From Lama glama (Eukaryota), in the NCBI GenBank assembly GCA_028534125.1, contig CM052827.1, positions 67,828,001 through 67,892,000 on the forward strand: a stretch of DNA of 64,000 bases, given 5' to 3'. The translations under genes were made by a program, and so were the position numbers. Positions 26,097-40,019 of the stretch are shown here, piece after piece (the first letter of the stretch is position 1; every line of letters begins with the position of its first letter). The notes beneath the pieces are model-generated. The model made no database searches, was not told the DNA's origin, and saw nothing but the letters and a program-made list of their open reading frames with translations.

Positions 26097-28009
26097 CTGC
26101 ATGCACACCACCCCTCTTCCAGGGTGTCTGCACATCCTGAAAGACAGAAGACTGGGTTAGAGGCCAGAGTCCTCTGCTGCACTCAGCGCCATCACTCACC
26201 TGCCACAGGACCTTGGCAGCACGCACTGTGCAAAAGGCAGAGATGTGGTGCCACAGAGTCTCCGGCTCAAGGCCTCGGCCCGCTGCGCCCTGGCTCTGTG
26301 CCGGCCCGCGGCCCGCTGCGTCGGTTAGTCTTCCTGGACCGCTTTCTCTTCTTCCATAAAATGGAGTCGGCGCCTGCCTTCACGCGTCGTAAGCATCAGC
26401 GATGCTTACAAAGTCTGGCAGATGCTTTAGCAGTTCTCAGTAACTGTAACTGTGGATGGTCCTTTCAGAGCCCTGTTCCCTGCCAAGTGAGATGGGGACG
26501 GGAGCCTCCAGGGCTGTGGGCGCAGTGACAGGGAAGGGCGAGCATCAGGACGCAGGCCGTGGCCGCAGGGACTGCGGCTGCTCAGAGGCGGCCCGGGGCC
26601 GGGCGTCGGGGAGGACGCCTGGGCGCTAGCTGTGGCTCTTCCGCTAGGCTTTGGTTTAGCCGACTCTGTGCCCCGGAGGGCCAGCCCAGAGAGTGAAGAG
26701 CGCGCTGAACGGGGACACGCAGTCCTCGTGCCACCTCCCTCAGACAGCGGGCTTCCGACCGCGGGCCAGCCACCTAGGCCTCCCTCCTCAGAAAATCCCC
26801 CATGGTTCCTCTGACTGGAAAGCTCTGCGTTTCTAAATCACATTAGGAGACGAGGCGGAAACTCAATGGCTAGGAAGGGACTTGCTGGCTCAGGAGAACA
26901 CGGCTAGGACAGACGGGCAGCGGGAGGGCGCACCAGCTCAGAGCCGGCGAGAGGAGACCAGGGAGCGCTGGGGACCACGGCGTGAGCCCTGAGTCTTCAG
27001 ACACCCGGGTGGGGAAGGGAGAGGCGTGCCGAGCTTGGGTGCTGTCTACCTGACCCTCCGTGGGAGCGGCTTCGCAGACCTGTGGGTTAAGTAGGGTTCC
27101 TCTTCTGAGCAGCCATGAGACGCTGGGAGAGTCCTCATTTTTAAGTTTGCTTCTCATCTGTGAAATGGGAATGACACACCGAAGCAGGCTGTTGGGTGGG
27201 CTGACACAGCACACGTGCGGGGCCGGTGGAGCCCCTGGCAGGAGGTAAGTGGCTCGCTGAGGTGCTTCCCCAGAGGTGACAGACTCCACGCTGGAGGAGC
27301 GGGGATGGAGCGGCTAGGTGTTCATCTTTCCTCAGCGTGGAGCCTCTCATGAGGCCTGGGATGCTCTGCTCTGCCCAGGTTCCGCGTCACAGGTCCAGAG
27401 AGTTTCCCTCAGGCCTCTTGCTGCAGACTGCACCGGTGCTCCTTCACTCGCAGCTGCTTCAGGGTTTTCCTTCCCACAGAGCAACCGCCTGAGATGGGTT
27501 CAGTCTCGCCCTCTTCTCGCCACGATGAGCCGAGTAGCCCTCCATGAAGTGCAGCAGAGGCAGGAAGACTGGCATGTGAGCCCGCCCCCCGCTCGAGGGA
27601 AGACTGGAGGGGGCTCCCCGCACAAGGCGGGGTTTGGTCCCCCGGTGTTTGAACCCTGGCCCGGGTGCTCACTTACAAGGGACACCGAGTGCCACTGGAA
27701 TGACTGGTACAGGGTGGGGACCAGGCCACTCAGGCCTCCACGTGCAGTTAGGGCACCAGCCCAGGGGACGCGATGGCCCCACTCCGTCCAGCACAGAGAG
27801 CAAGTCTCTTCTTTGGAACTGGGAGTTGTGCCAGGAAGCCCCCTTGCAGGGAGTGGGGACCTTGATAACGGAAAGACATTCATTTTGATGAGCACAGGCT
27901 AAAACACCCCCTTTGATACGGCAGGTGTGTGATACTTTCAAAGCTGGGGTTTAGTGATGGGTGAGGGTACGTAAGCTTGGAGTGTGCGGTTAGGCCAGTG
28001 CCAGACAGC

Positions 28010-28170
28010 CCGGAGAGAAACAGAGAGAGACAGAGGCAGGGACAGGGAGACAGAGGGGGAGGGAGGGAGAGGGAGGGAGACAGGCACTGGAGTGTGCAGG
28101 GAGTGGAAGTGGGAAGGGACAGAGTCGGGCCGAAGAGCAGGGCGCCCTGATGGAGAGACAGGAAGGGAGA
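28010..28170. repeat. GA-rich low-complexity tract
   Basis: Imperfect gagacagagg/gggagg units, strongly purine-biased on the + strand. Confidence 0.7.
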
Positions 28171-29904
28171 CCCAGCAGCCAATGAGGCCTGGGGGAAGAG
28201 ACCATCCCCTGGGGATGGTTCACAGAAGTGCCGTGAGAACCCTCCTTTGCCCAGCAGCCCCCTCCCCGCACCTGTCTCTCTGCTCGTCGTCTCTAAGCGC
28301 CACCTCCCTCTTGTACCCAGGCCGCCTGCTCACGTCTGGTCTGGTCCTGGTGCTGGGAACTGCATGGGGCTTCTCAGTGCATCTCACTCGAGATGGAGTC
28401 ATCGAGACTAAGTGAGGGTCCCTGAATTCTCAAGCGCCTACCTCGGGGGCTGCACTTGGCACAGGCAGGGCGGGGAGGAACTGAACCGACGGGAGGGAGT
28501 GGGAACCGAGCACACGTCTGCTTGACTTACTCTCATCTCAGCGGCAGAGGGAGGCAGAGAATCAGAAAAGATGTGTGAGAGCCGCCCACACACCAACAAG
28601 CAGGCCTGTGTGAAAAGGCACCGGACACGGAAGGTATTGGTATAAGCAGCAATTTGAAAAGCTCCTCAGAAGCACACAGGCCGTCCTGGAGGCTCCTCGG
28701 CACGGCAGAGGCAGGACTAGGAATGCCGGCCTGGAGCACGACGAAGCTACGCGGGCGCAGAGAGCTGGCTCTCCAAAGACGACGCACGTCAAAAAGTGAC
28801 TTTTCTCCTGATCCTTCTTTGGCATATATGTTCTTCCTCAGTGTGGGGTTGAGCTCAAGGTCTGGCTCTGTGCTTCTGGATAACTGCTTTGCTCTAGACC
28901 TGAGAGATGAGAGGGACAGAGGACACGCGCCAGGAACCCGGATTTCAGAGAGCCGAGACGAGGGGCAGGAACCCAGGCACAAGCTGCAGCTCCAGAGAGT
29001 CCAACTGTGGCCTCCACGGCGTCAGCGCGGCCTCTCTCTTGCACAGCCAGGCCCTGCGTGTGGGTTGAAAAGTGAGTTTTCAAAGCCGAAGGGAGAGCTG
29101 AGGAACCCGAGGCCACCTGCTCCCCGCACTCTGGGCTGGGTCACAGGACCCGGCACCCAAGGCACCTTGCAGGGAGGCCCGGGCTCAGGCACTGGCTTCA
29201 TTTCCTAACGCATCCCCACTCCTAAGGCACTGAGAGGTGAGGGAAAGCCTCACTTGCAGAGCTGCATTTCCAGGGGAAATACGGCCGCCCGGTTTCCTTC
29301 ATCTGTATCGAGTTCTGTCCCCTCGGTACCTGCTTTACCGTGTTCCTGAAACTCTGCGTGTGAGTGTGCGTGACTGAAGAGGAAAGCCTTCCATCCAGAA
29401 GTTTCAACCAATGCATGCCTAGCTTACCTGATAATTCAATTTTTTCTCCCTTTACTAAACCTTCTCAAAAGTTCCTACCTTGCAGCTTCTCACTTTTTAC
29501 TGACCCAGGCCACCATTCAGTATCGGTGCCGGACTAACAGCACACAGAGAAACGGGAGTCAAGAAGGAGGCGGGGGGAGATGGGCTGGCCTGTGAACACC
29601 AGTCCCCAAGGGTGAGCACGACTGGACAGATGGGCCTGTCAGGAGAGCGGCAGACTGCACGCCCTCCCCCACCCCAGCGCGTTCTCGGCTCAAGCCGGCT
29701 CCTTCCAGGGCCTTGATATTTTGCGGCCGTTGTAGTGTACTTTGAAAACTCCCACTACTGCTGTGAGAGACGCATGCAAGTCTAAAGTCAATCTTCCAGT
29801 GAATAATACAACAGGACAGTCGCCCAGGGAGCCGTGGGAAGAGGAGGGTCCCTCTGGCACCTGGGCCGCGAGGGCGAAAGAAGTGCGGGCACTGCGTCCG
29901 ACAC

Positions 29905-32900
29905 GGCGTCCGCTTGTGTTCGCCGTTTATTAGAAAAATCAGATTTTTATTTTACACAAAAGTTACCTTAAAAACAGAAAATTTACCAAAAACTACTGAA
30001 TCTCAGACAGAATGGTTACTACCAAAATGCAGATTTACACGGTAAACCTGAGGGCCCAAAACATTCAACTCACAGCAAAGCCTTACATCTTCAAATAATC
30101 ATTATCAGAAGCAAAAACCAACTATGTACATATTTCAAAAGACATGACAAAGACAAAATAATGAATGCCAGCCTTCGCTGTGAAGCTAGCTAACAAAAGA
30201 AAATGCCTCTACTCAGGGTTGGCCCATTACTTTGCTGAGAGTGAAACATTTGAAGAGTTTTTAAAAATATCTGAGCATAAATATTTAGGGCTGCATACAA
30301 CACACATATGCACAAACACATCCATTTTAATTCTATGCCCCTTTGTATTTTTAAAATTGCACCGTCTCTGTCAGAGATAGTATGTAACATGCAGGAGGCA
30401 TTCCTGTTTTTTTCAGCAGTGGCGTGTTACACAAGTCAAACGCAAACTCAAGAATGGATTCAGTTCAGCGGGAAGCCACTGCCACTTGGTACTTTGGCTC
30501 ATAATTCTGTTAATGCTTTACGGGTTGATGAAGTCGTCCACATAAAAAAAGTTGGAGAGAACGCAGTCCATTACCAAAGGTACTTGGCAGACAGTCCCCA
30601 GTGCATGCAGAAGTGCTGGGCCGGAAACCGGAAGGAACCAGTTAAACAGCACAGCAGTGTTCCCCCTGCTTCAACTTCCATATCCAGCTGAAGATAAGAA
30701 GTAATTATATCCAGGGCACTTTGCAGCAGTTACTAGTTTATGCCATTTCATGTATATAATGTCTTCATAATTCACACCAGGATGCAAAGTAACTCCTCTC
30801 CTCTCCTCTCCCACCAGCCTTCCTCTTGTTTCCAGCAAGAAAGAAACACTGACGCAATACGTAGCTCCTGAAAACAAAGTGGGTCTCCAGTTACAGTCAC
30901 GGGCTGCTGGCAGGGATGAGGGATCACGGGACCCACCCTAAATTCTGCAGGATGGGACAGGAGAACTAACCAGTCAGGCACAGTGATGGGCTCTGGCTCC
31001 CCCCAAGATATGTGCCCAAGGGTCACTGCACGTCCTCCAGCACAAACACACTCTGTTGCCTCACAAATTCAAGGAAGCGGGCGAGTGGAGAGGGAGAACA
31101 AAATTCCTTCTCGGATGGGACAGTGCGAAGGGACAGTAAAGACGGAAGAGCATTTCAATGAAAATACGAGGAAGGAAAGCTGTAAGCCCTCAGGATGATT
31201 GTTTGTTTCAGTGGTTTCCGAGCCCGTCGATATAACGCAAACCCTAATTAAGCCACAGGACTCGACTCACGAGACGCCCGAAGGACAGAAACAAGTATTT
31301 CACTATCAAACAGCAATGTTACGCCAGTAACTCACTGCACTTACGCTGGAGCTAAGTCACAGCGCTGCGACCCCAAGGACCTCTGTCCACCCTGTTTAGC
31401 ACAAACATCTGCTGAGTGACAGCAAGACGTGGTGCTCTCTGGGGGAGAGATCGAAGGCTGAGGATGAAGGATGAAACGCCGTGTCTAAGTGGCACACAGA
31501 CGTACCCCGACACAGGTTAGGGAAGGAACACCTTCCTTACCGGGAATGCTCAGAACCACCTAGGTTCACAGACCGAGGCTGAGCATTCAGGTTTCCTTGA
31601 AACGTTATAACTAAGAGAATGGAGCACTCCGCGATCACAAGTGAGGAATAAAACAGAATGCCTGTCCCAGCGCTAACCCGCAGCCTCTGGCGACTTTGGA
31701 AAAACACTGAACATACCCAGAACCAGTAAGTTACATTTTGCACACACAGGGTGCGTGTCTGTGTACGCAAGCTCGTCTTTGTGCATCTGTGTGTCCTTGT
31801 GTGTGGATGTAAGTAAATGAATCAATGCCATTGTCAGTATACGCCTTCAACTTTGTTCTGAGTAACATCTATATTTTTTTGGAAAATACATGATACATTC
31901 TTGGAAATCAAGTGCCACCTAAAGTCTCAAAATTATAAGTGAACAAACTTTATTTTCTTCATTTAAAATCCTCTTATATGAATACAAACACTTGCAAAAT
32001 GAAGATCTGCTCCCACAGAGCAGTGGAGGTGGCATCAAACACCAGATTTTTGCACATTAAGCGGGTGGCCTCAGAGTCCGTGGCGTCAGTGCTACATCAT
32101 CCGAAAAGCTCCCTAACACTGACGCGAGGGGCTGAGGCAAAGAAGAGGTCCAAAAGCTACGGCGTCAAGAACAGCAGAGTCTGCTCCAGGGACCACTCCC
32201 TGCTGTCTGGAAAGCAGCGTACAAGATTCGTCATGGAGCCCGCCAGTAACTCGCTTCTGGGATTCCAACAGTGGGCGAGATTAGTGGCTTTTGCAGGTAA
32301 ACAGAGCCAGTGACTAGCCATGGGGAAGGTCCAGTCTTGAAGAAATGGTAGCAAATCTGAAAACTGGTTTTGAAAACCCTTTCTTATAGAAGAGGGTGGG
32401 ATTTTCATACAAATCATGGCTAATTACATGGCCCAAAACATTTAAACATACCTCCATGTATCATATTCATGTTCCAAACACCAGATAACCCTATCCAACA
32501 GTGGACTCGGTACACATGACAATTCTATTGTGAAACACAGATGCAAAACATTAAAATGATCAAAACTCACATTAAGAAAACTGAACATAACAGAAAACCC
32601 TAGAGAGAGTGAGAATCTGTTTTCTGAAGCCCTAGAGGAACGCTTCGTCAGTTACGCCTGGGTCCCTGAGAACTCGAGTGTTCTGACTAAAGGCAAGTTT
32701 TGGTAAGAATTGCGTTTTTACACTTGTTTACAACAAAATAAACAATGTTTTAGGCAGCCTTTGGTGTCTTGTGTGTTTTATAGTTAGTATTACTCAAATT
32801 TTGTCTGATGTGAACAATTCTCTTCTCTGTGGATCAGTCCAGGGGTGAGTGGCAGGTGAGGGAAGCTGCATTTTGCTGTAATTTAAAGACCCACTTCATC

Positions 32901-34403
32901 CTCTGGAAGGGGCAGAGCACAAGGCACCGCACCTCACGGTTCTGTGCGCCTCCCAGGTCTGTCCAGGCGCGGCTGGCAGATCCCCTCACGGCTACGTCCA
33001 GAGCGAGGCGGCAGCACGACGCCTGGGCCCGTCAGAGAAACCGCACTGGAAATGCACATTCCCCCGAACGAGTCAGTCGATTTTATTCATTTTACAACAT
33101 GCGTGATAATCAACGGCCAAGCACAAAGCTCTTTATAAAAAAGAGCAAAATGGACTCCAGGAAAGTTGGACAAAGGCATGAGATGCATTTCAGTTAAGTG
33201 GATCTACTTCTTTCTGAGCTTTGAGAGCTCATCTGAACCACCGCATAGAGGTTGAGTGTTTTACATCATTATCACATCTAGAGATCATGCAGACGGAGAA
33301 GAAAAGTATTTGGCTTAACTCTTACTTCTACAGAGTGTTTTACAGGCAGTTTTAAAGACCCAGATCTGCGCCTCTCCCCTCCACCACAGCTCTGGGAGTA
33401 ATTAGCACAGCGATAGCAGGGCGACCAGGGAAGAGAGAGGCAGACGATACGGCCGTCTTCTTAGAAGGAAACCCCCAAATATTTTAGGGCATGAAACACA
33501 AGGCTTTTGTTATCCAAAAGTAATTAGTTGCAGAGTACAAAAACATTTTGGAGCAGAATGCACACAAATATGAGAATCATAAGCCGCCCAAACCAAGCAT
33601 ATTAATAATAAATTCTTAAAGAAATGCATGTGTTCCCTGTACCTTACAAAAATCATTCCCACAGATTTTGAATCCAAGATTATATAATAGAAAATATTTA
33701 TGTGTTTTACATTGAATATAAAAATTACTAGCAAATAAAAAAGGCTTTGACGATACACAAGAGGACCTTTCAGCGGACACATTCATCTTTAGGACGCCCC
33801 GAGGGTGATGTGCCCTAAGTACCCTGCTCCTGCTCCAGGTAAAGGCCAAAGGCAGGCACTTCCTCAGCGTTCATCACTGTCATTAAAGGAAGACTCAAGG
33901 AAGCTGGGACAGGAAGTAAAAATTGAGCCGAGAAGGAATTCTGCCAAGCACAATGCACCCTGCTTAAAAATATTTAAGAACAGAAATCAAAGACAGTACT
34001 GAGGGCACATCAAGGGACTTTATATTGATGCGTTTATGGTCTAGGTGACCAATGTCACAACAGGAAGTCTGCTAAAACAAGTGTGCAAATAAGTAACAGG
34101 GGCTGGGGGGGAGAGGAAATGTCTACTCTTTAGGGTATAAACTGCAGCAATGTCACGCCCCCATTCACCCTCCACGTGCACCTCGGACATCTCCGTAAGT
34201 TAAAGACCAGTGACTCACAAAACTTCAGTTCAGTGTTAACACTTTTTTACCTGTTTAATTTAGGGATAGACACTGAGTTTCTTTAATAAGACATTTGGTT
34301 CTAGTTACTCACAAAGATCCATTTTTCATCCTTGTAACTCAGGAAATTTTAGTTCTCATTTAAAGCCCTGGAGTGTTCTCTTAGAAATGATTTGCCCTTT
34401 AGG
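29905..34403 (-). other. LRRC8B: LRRC8B 3'UTR (~4.5 kb)
   Basis: Repeat-poor, AT-rich sequence after the stop codon, ending at tandem AATAAA signals. The 3' end is approximate. Confidence 0.75.
29926..29951 (-). terminator. Tandem polyadenylation signals AATAAA (29951-29946 and 29931-29926)
   Basis: Two TTTATT on + strand, 20 nt apart, preceded on the mRNA by U-rich sequence. Base composition changes sharply just beyond them. Confidence 0.75.
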
Positions 34404-34676
34404 TCAACATTTATCTAAGCACGTCTGCAAACGTTCTGTTACAGGAGGAGGAAGGGTGCTGAGCAAGCTTTCCTCCGCGATCAGGCAGCTCCGTTTTAGG
34501 GACTGGCACCCTTCCAGTTCAGGAGGAAGCGTTTCCAGGTAATTACCCATGAGCTCCAGATGAGTAAGGTTCGACAGCTCACCCACGTGAGGGGACAAAC
34601 TCATCAGGCTATTTTTCCCCAAAAGTAAACACTGCAGCTTTTTGCACTGAAACAGCCCATCTGGTAGCATCTCAAT
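34404..34676 (-). CDS. LRRC8B: LRRC8B last coding exon (aa 714-803, IEMLPDG...TCLDKC*)
   Basis: Polypyrimidine tract plus ccAG acceptor at 34678-34677. 273 nt = 90 codons + TGA (34406-34404). Joins in frame to give 803 aa, the known LRRC8B length, and the LRR pattern continues. Confidence 0.96.
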   Translation of the reverse strand: MEMLPDGLFQCKKLQCLLLGKNSLMSLSPHVGELSNLTHLELMGNYLETLPPELEGCQSLKRSCLIAEESLLSTLPPPVTERLQTCLDKC

Positions 34677-35852
34677 CTGGAAAGGGAGAAAAAGAAGCTA
34701 GTAAAACTGGTTTTGGATGGCCTACCACAACACATTTGTTTATATACACCCTTACATTCCCCCAAAAACATCTGAAGTAGACAGAGACGATTTTAAAGGA
34801 AAAATAAGGACATCCCGACATGGAGTCAGGACTGAAGCCACCACGAACTTCTAAATCCCTGTTGTACACAAGTGGGCAACCGGTTTGGCTCGAAACGTTC
34901 TAACGAGCAGTTCTTAATTCTCAAAGAAAACCTCTCCGTTACACATTCATCCCTAAGATAAAAAAACAAACCAGTAACTCGGGAGAATCATAATTATTCT
35001 TGAGTCTTAGATCAGAAATAAATCGATCTCAAGAATCCTCAAACGGAGTTTGCTGTGTGTGTAAGGGGCTACACCATCAAGAATGTCCCGAGAACGGACA
35101 CAAGGCTACTTGTGAGGGCTTCACAGTATAGAGTGAAAACTCGATGCTGTTAAAAAAAAAAAGTTGACAGAAGCAGAGACAAAAAGATATAATACATACA
35201 TATGTACAGTTCATTCCCCTCTACATACACACACATGAGTTTTCACTCTTCCTGCTCTCTGGGAGCTTTGATTAAATCACACAACAGAGAGATCACTTTA
35301 AGTACGATAACCAGCCCGCAGTTAGGTCAAGTCTCGCAGCGGCTCAGCTGCACTGCTCCGTCTCTGGGGTGAAGGGTGCCACGTGAGTTTCCGAGGGAGC
35401 CACAGTGTATATATAAGTGTACAGGATTTACTGGGGAAAGAGCTCCAGCGAGAGGCTGAGCACACACAGTGCCCTTCACCCTCATCCTGCCACTGAGGGG
35501 CATGTTTGCCCCGGGCAGAGCGAGCTGCACCAACCCGCCCTGCAACGCTCGGCAGAGATGCAGCAGAGAGATGAGACAGAAGAAATGTAACCTTTCTGAT
35601 CAGAGACGCCTGCAGCTCAGGAGCAGGGTCGGTGAGCGGAGGGAACAATCAGTCCTGCGCTGTGAGCTCAGGGTTGAGGTGCCCTTTGATGCCGAGGCAA
35701 TGACAAGCAAAAATGAGTTGGAAGGACGGAAGGCTTAGCTCACCTGCATTCAGTGGACGCCTGCTGAGCGCCTGGGCGGGGGTTGTGCCAGGTTCCCAGC
35801 CAGGTGTCGTACACAGAGTGCTGAGTGAGACAGATGGGTCTTTGGGACCCAT

Positions 35853-36062
35853 GCAGGGCCTCTCAACGTTGGCACCGTGCACATTTTGAACGGCATAGTG
35901 TTTCTGTGGGGGTGCCCTGAATACTGGTCAATGTTCAGCAGCCTCCCTGGCCTCTGACCACTAGACACCAGTGCCACTCTCCTCCAAAGCTGTGACAACC
36001 AAAAACGTCTCCAGACAAACGTCTTCTGGGGGGCAAAACTGTCCCCATCTGAGAAGCACCGG
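35853..36062. mobile_element. MER20 hAT DNA transposon
   Basis: cagggcctctcaacgttggcac...tgtgacaaccaaaaacgtctccagaca...ggggggcaaaactgtcccc..tgagaagcac. Confidence 0.8.
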
Positions 36063-37649
36063 TCCCACAGGGGAGAGAAACAGCAAACAATCACAGCAAT
36101 CAGCAGTCTGCAACGGCCGCCGTGCAGAAGAGTGCCCTAGCCAGGGCTGCACCAGGGAGTCCCAGTCTCCCTTCTGCGGTCGGTCGGCTTCCAGATCCCA
36201 GCAGGTACCTTGCTTGACTGGACTATTTCCTGCTGGGTGAACACCCTGAGCCATTGCCTGCCTCTCCTTCTGTCCGGCTGTCGGTACTACCCTGTCTCAC
36301 CGATCGTCCTTCGAATCTCAGAATTTGTGATTTGAGCGACTTCCCAGCCCCCAGTACAGGCAAGGGATTTCGCCAGGTAATAGGAGTGCCCCTCTGGGGT
36401 CAGCCCCTCAGTCGTGTTGCTTTCATGAAAGGAGCTAAGGGTGTGGCTAGAAGCATGCTCCCTGAGTGTCAAGCGTCCCTCTCAGGGGCCTTCTCTTAGG
36501 ATCAGCAGCCAGCTAAAGCACAGGACCTCAGCTCACCTGCTGGAATTCATCTTTGCTAAAGGAGGCGGGGGAGCTGTGTTAGAGACTTGAGCAGTTTTAC
36601 CCTGAAAAATCTACTTACACATTTTGCCTGAGCCAGTAAAATTTAAAAAGAAATGTTTAGATGGCATTTATTTACACTGAATTCATTAAGCATGCTCTTT
36701 CTTAGACTATATAATATGTGAGTCAGGAAGGAAAAAAATTCCCCAGTGGACTAGTGATTTCCTCTCAAAAACCAAAAGAAATATTTAGACTATCAGATGA
36801 TAAACTTTATAAACAATGGTTTTATAGGATAAATTTTATATATACATAAACTGAAAAAAAAAACAACCACCATACTAATGGCTACATGACCACTCTATAT
36901 CCTAGAATTTCCCTACAACCAAGTATCTTCAACAAAATCGACTGGACCCCCAGAACATGCAGGGAAGGATGGCTCTTTCTCTGTGTCCATGGCTGACACT
37001 GATAATTAAACATTCCCCTGCTTCCCAGAGGCTGGGACCCCACTTCAGAACTCCTCAATGTCAGACTTCCTATTTTTCTGGCCATTGACACATGCTGTCT
37101 CGGAACATGCCAACCTTATCTATGAAATCCAATCATTTCAAGAAACAAAGTTGCGTTATTTCCGTATTAAGTAGTAATGTCAAAACCAACAAGCAGCGCT
37201 GCCAGATAAATGGTCTTCCAAAGAAATTTCTGTATTATTCACCTTCTGGCTAAAGTCTTCCAATTAATAAAAGAAATGCATTCGATGCAGGAAAGGAGAA
37301 ATTGGAAGACCTAGGTGTAAACTGAAATGGTTTTTAAGATGTGAGCAAAGCTATTACATCCTCCCCCTTCCCTGTGCTTCTCCGTCACATTTAACACCAT
37401 CATTGTCCAACTATGCTTTGGCACCAGATAGAACTGGGTGCTGCCTCTCCCTCTCCCATCATCCACACACACCACTGCTTCCCATGGAACATCATTCGGA
37501 CCAATGCATCTGAGATGTAGTAGAAAGAGCACGAGAGCCGGAGCTGGAACGTGGGATCCATCCCAGATCCATCCCTGGGAAGCTTTGGGTCTCAGGCAAA
37601 TTGCTCTGAACCTCAGTTTCAGGACCAGCAAAATGAGGGCAGTGGACTA

Positions 37650-38032
37650 GAGCAGAGGTTAGCAAAGTTCTTCTCTAAAGGAGCTGGACAGAAAATATTT
37701 TAGGTTTTGCGAGCCAGGTGGCAAAATTGAAAATACTACGTAGGTACTTAATGACTTAAGAGGGAAAAAATTCCATATTATATTTTTAAGTGATGAAATT
37801 AAAAATATAAAAACAATTCAGTACAATTCTTTTTGGAATACAGGCCCGCTAATGAGAACAATGGAATTTATTCATGAACACTGAAATTTGAATTTCCTAT
37901 AATTTTCATATGTGATAAATATTATTATTCTTTTGATATTTTTTCCCACAACCACTTAAAACTTAAAAAGCATTCTTAGGTCAGGCTGTGGGTGGATCTG
38001 GCTTGCAGGCTGTATGTACTTTGCTGACCTCA
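37650..38032. mobile_element. MER58-like hAT DNA transposon
   Basis: Inverted termini cagaggttagcaaa...tttgctgacctc with a MER58-like interior. Confidence 0.7.
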
Positions 38033-38924
38033 GGACCAGGTGACCCACAGTGTTCCTTTCAGATATGAGCCTTTGTCTCCTGGTTTTAACCTACCTTCCT
38101 ACTTCTGAACCGTAACTGATTAAACCTCCCCATGGGGTTTCGTTCCTCGACTGCCCTCTCCCAGCCCTTCTGAATGCTACCACCAGAGCCTCCCTTGAAG
38201 GCACCAGTTCAGGCTCACGAGCACTTTGAAATTCAAGTCTGATCCCGGCTACTCCCCAGTGACTCAGCACTGAGCTAGACTGGCAGACTTCAAGGCACTC
38301 TCCTCCCGACCCACCTTCTGAAGGCTCTCATCTCTTACTCCATCGGGGCAGGCCTACTGCAGTCCTCTGGGCATGACCTCTATTCTTTCACATCTCCCCA
38401 TTCAGTGTTCCCAGCAACACTCTTCTCCAAGAGTTACCACGAAAAAGAATGCCCTGCTCAAACACGCGTGGCCACCGTTGTGCACCACACCCCCCTCTCA
38501 GAGAGGCACAACGCATGCTCACGGATTAAAGGCTTCGAGGAGTCCTGCAGCAAAAATATCATAAAAGTGTTGAATGTTTTTGTGATAAGAACATTACTGC
38601 CCTGCGGAAGCAGCCCTGCAGTGCCCTCTCAGTGCACGTCTGCCATGTGGGGCTGCCCAGCACCCTGATGTCTAGAGAGCTCCCCGGCTCGTCTCGGTGG
38701 GAAGCAGAGCCCACTTCCCACTAGAGGAACTGTATTTAGCATCTGCAACTGAGTTAGCATTTGTTTCCTCCATCTATGTACCTGACACAATGCCTAAGTC
38801 TTCGGAGGAAAAGGAGTCTTTAAATCCTCTTTTTTCAGGAATCTTTACCAACCTCCATTCCGAATGGAGGCGTTAAGTCACATTTCTGAGTATATGCATA
38901 TCTAAATATTAATACAGCCAGTTT

Positions 38925-39052
38925 GATTTTTTGCTTGTTTGTTTTTGGAGTTTTTCGGGAGGAGTTAACTAGGTTTATTTATTGATTTTTTTTTTTTAGA
39001 GGAGGGACTGGGGATTGAACCTGGGACTCTACCACTGAGCTGTACCCTCCCC
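38925..39052 (-). mobile_element. Second tRNA-derived SINE copy with an internal deletion
   Basis: ggggattgaacctgggactctaccactgagctgtaccctcccc: same family as 13271-13427 but lacking the anticodon arm. Confidence 0.8.
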
Positions 39053-40019
39053 TTTTATTTTCTAATTTTTACAAATATTTTGTTCTACTTCATAGAATCA
39101 TGAGAATCTCAAGGTTTCAAGAAGGAACTCTGGAGAAATTATTTAAATCCCTACGTGAAACATGAATCCTCATTCCTTCAACAATATTCCTACCAAGGGA
39201 CTGACCATGTATATCTGGACAGTTTTATGAATAAAAAGATCACTTCTCCCTTCTCAAATGTTCATTCAGTCTTTAGACAGCTTTTTTGGGAAGATGAGAA
39301 AGCTTTTACTGATTGTCTAAGCTCTAATATTTACAGCTACTCCCAATAAGCTTTCTTTCCTATGTAAGTCTTCCAAACATTTGAAGACCAACACTGTGGA
39401 CTGTTTCTCGCCCTTCCCTCCCCAGTACTTCCCATCATTAGGCTACACTGTCCCATTAGAGAGGAACTTGTCCTCTCTCTGGCTGTTGTCTTCCGAGTGA
39501 GTTCCTGTTCCTCCACATCCTTAGTAGGTAAGACTCTTTGTGGTTCTAAGGATGCTCAGCATCTGCTGGTCACCAGATTCTGCAGACAACACAGCCAAAG
39601 GCACCACTCTACTCTGGCCATGAACTGTCCCCAGCATAAGGCTCCTCACGTGCTACCAAGTACCTCCCTTATCCAAGACAGACTGTATCTGACACTCACG
39701 CCTATTCTGTCAACCAAGATCAAGAAGTAAATGAGCTTGGTATCAAAAGTACCAACGTCTTACAGTTTCACTACCTTAAGGCAGGAAAAAAACATTAACC
39801 TGCTTATACATTTAGATAATTCAAGAGCTGCTAACAATTTAATCAGCTCCAACTTTCAAAACTTCATGGAGTGATTTAACCATACAACAACTTGGTAAAA
39901 CCGATGCCTTTCAAAATAATTATATTTTTATTATAGGTTTGACAATGGAAAAGGTGTCACCAAAATACTAATATTAATCAACTGCATAAATCAATGACAC
40001 TAACGGTAAATCTCGAGAC

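Noticed and set aside
26004-29208. ORFs of 130-194 aa in the GC-rich intergenic region
   Set aside because: They span microsatellite, MIR-like and low-complexity DNA, with no domain similarity or coherent exon structure.
34398-34406. Stop-codon readthrough at LRRC8B TGA-C
   Set aside because: The context is TGA CCT A, not the TGA CTA G readthrough motif, and nothing else supports it.
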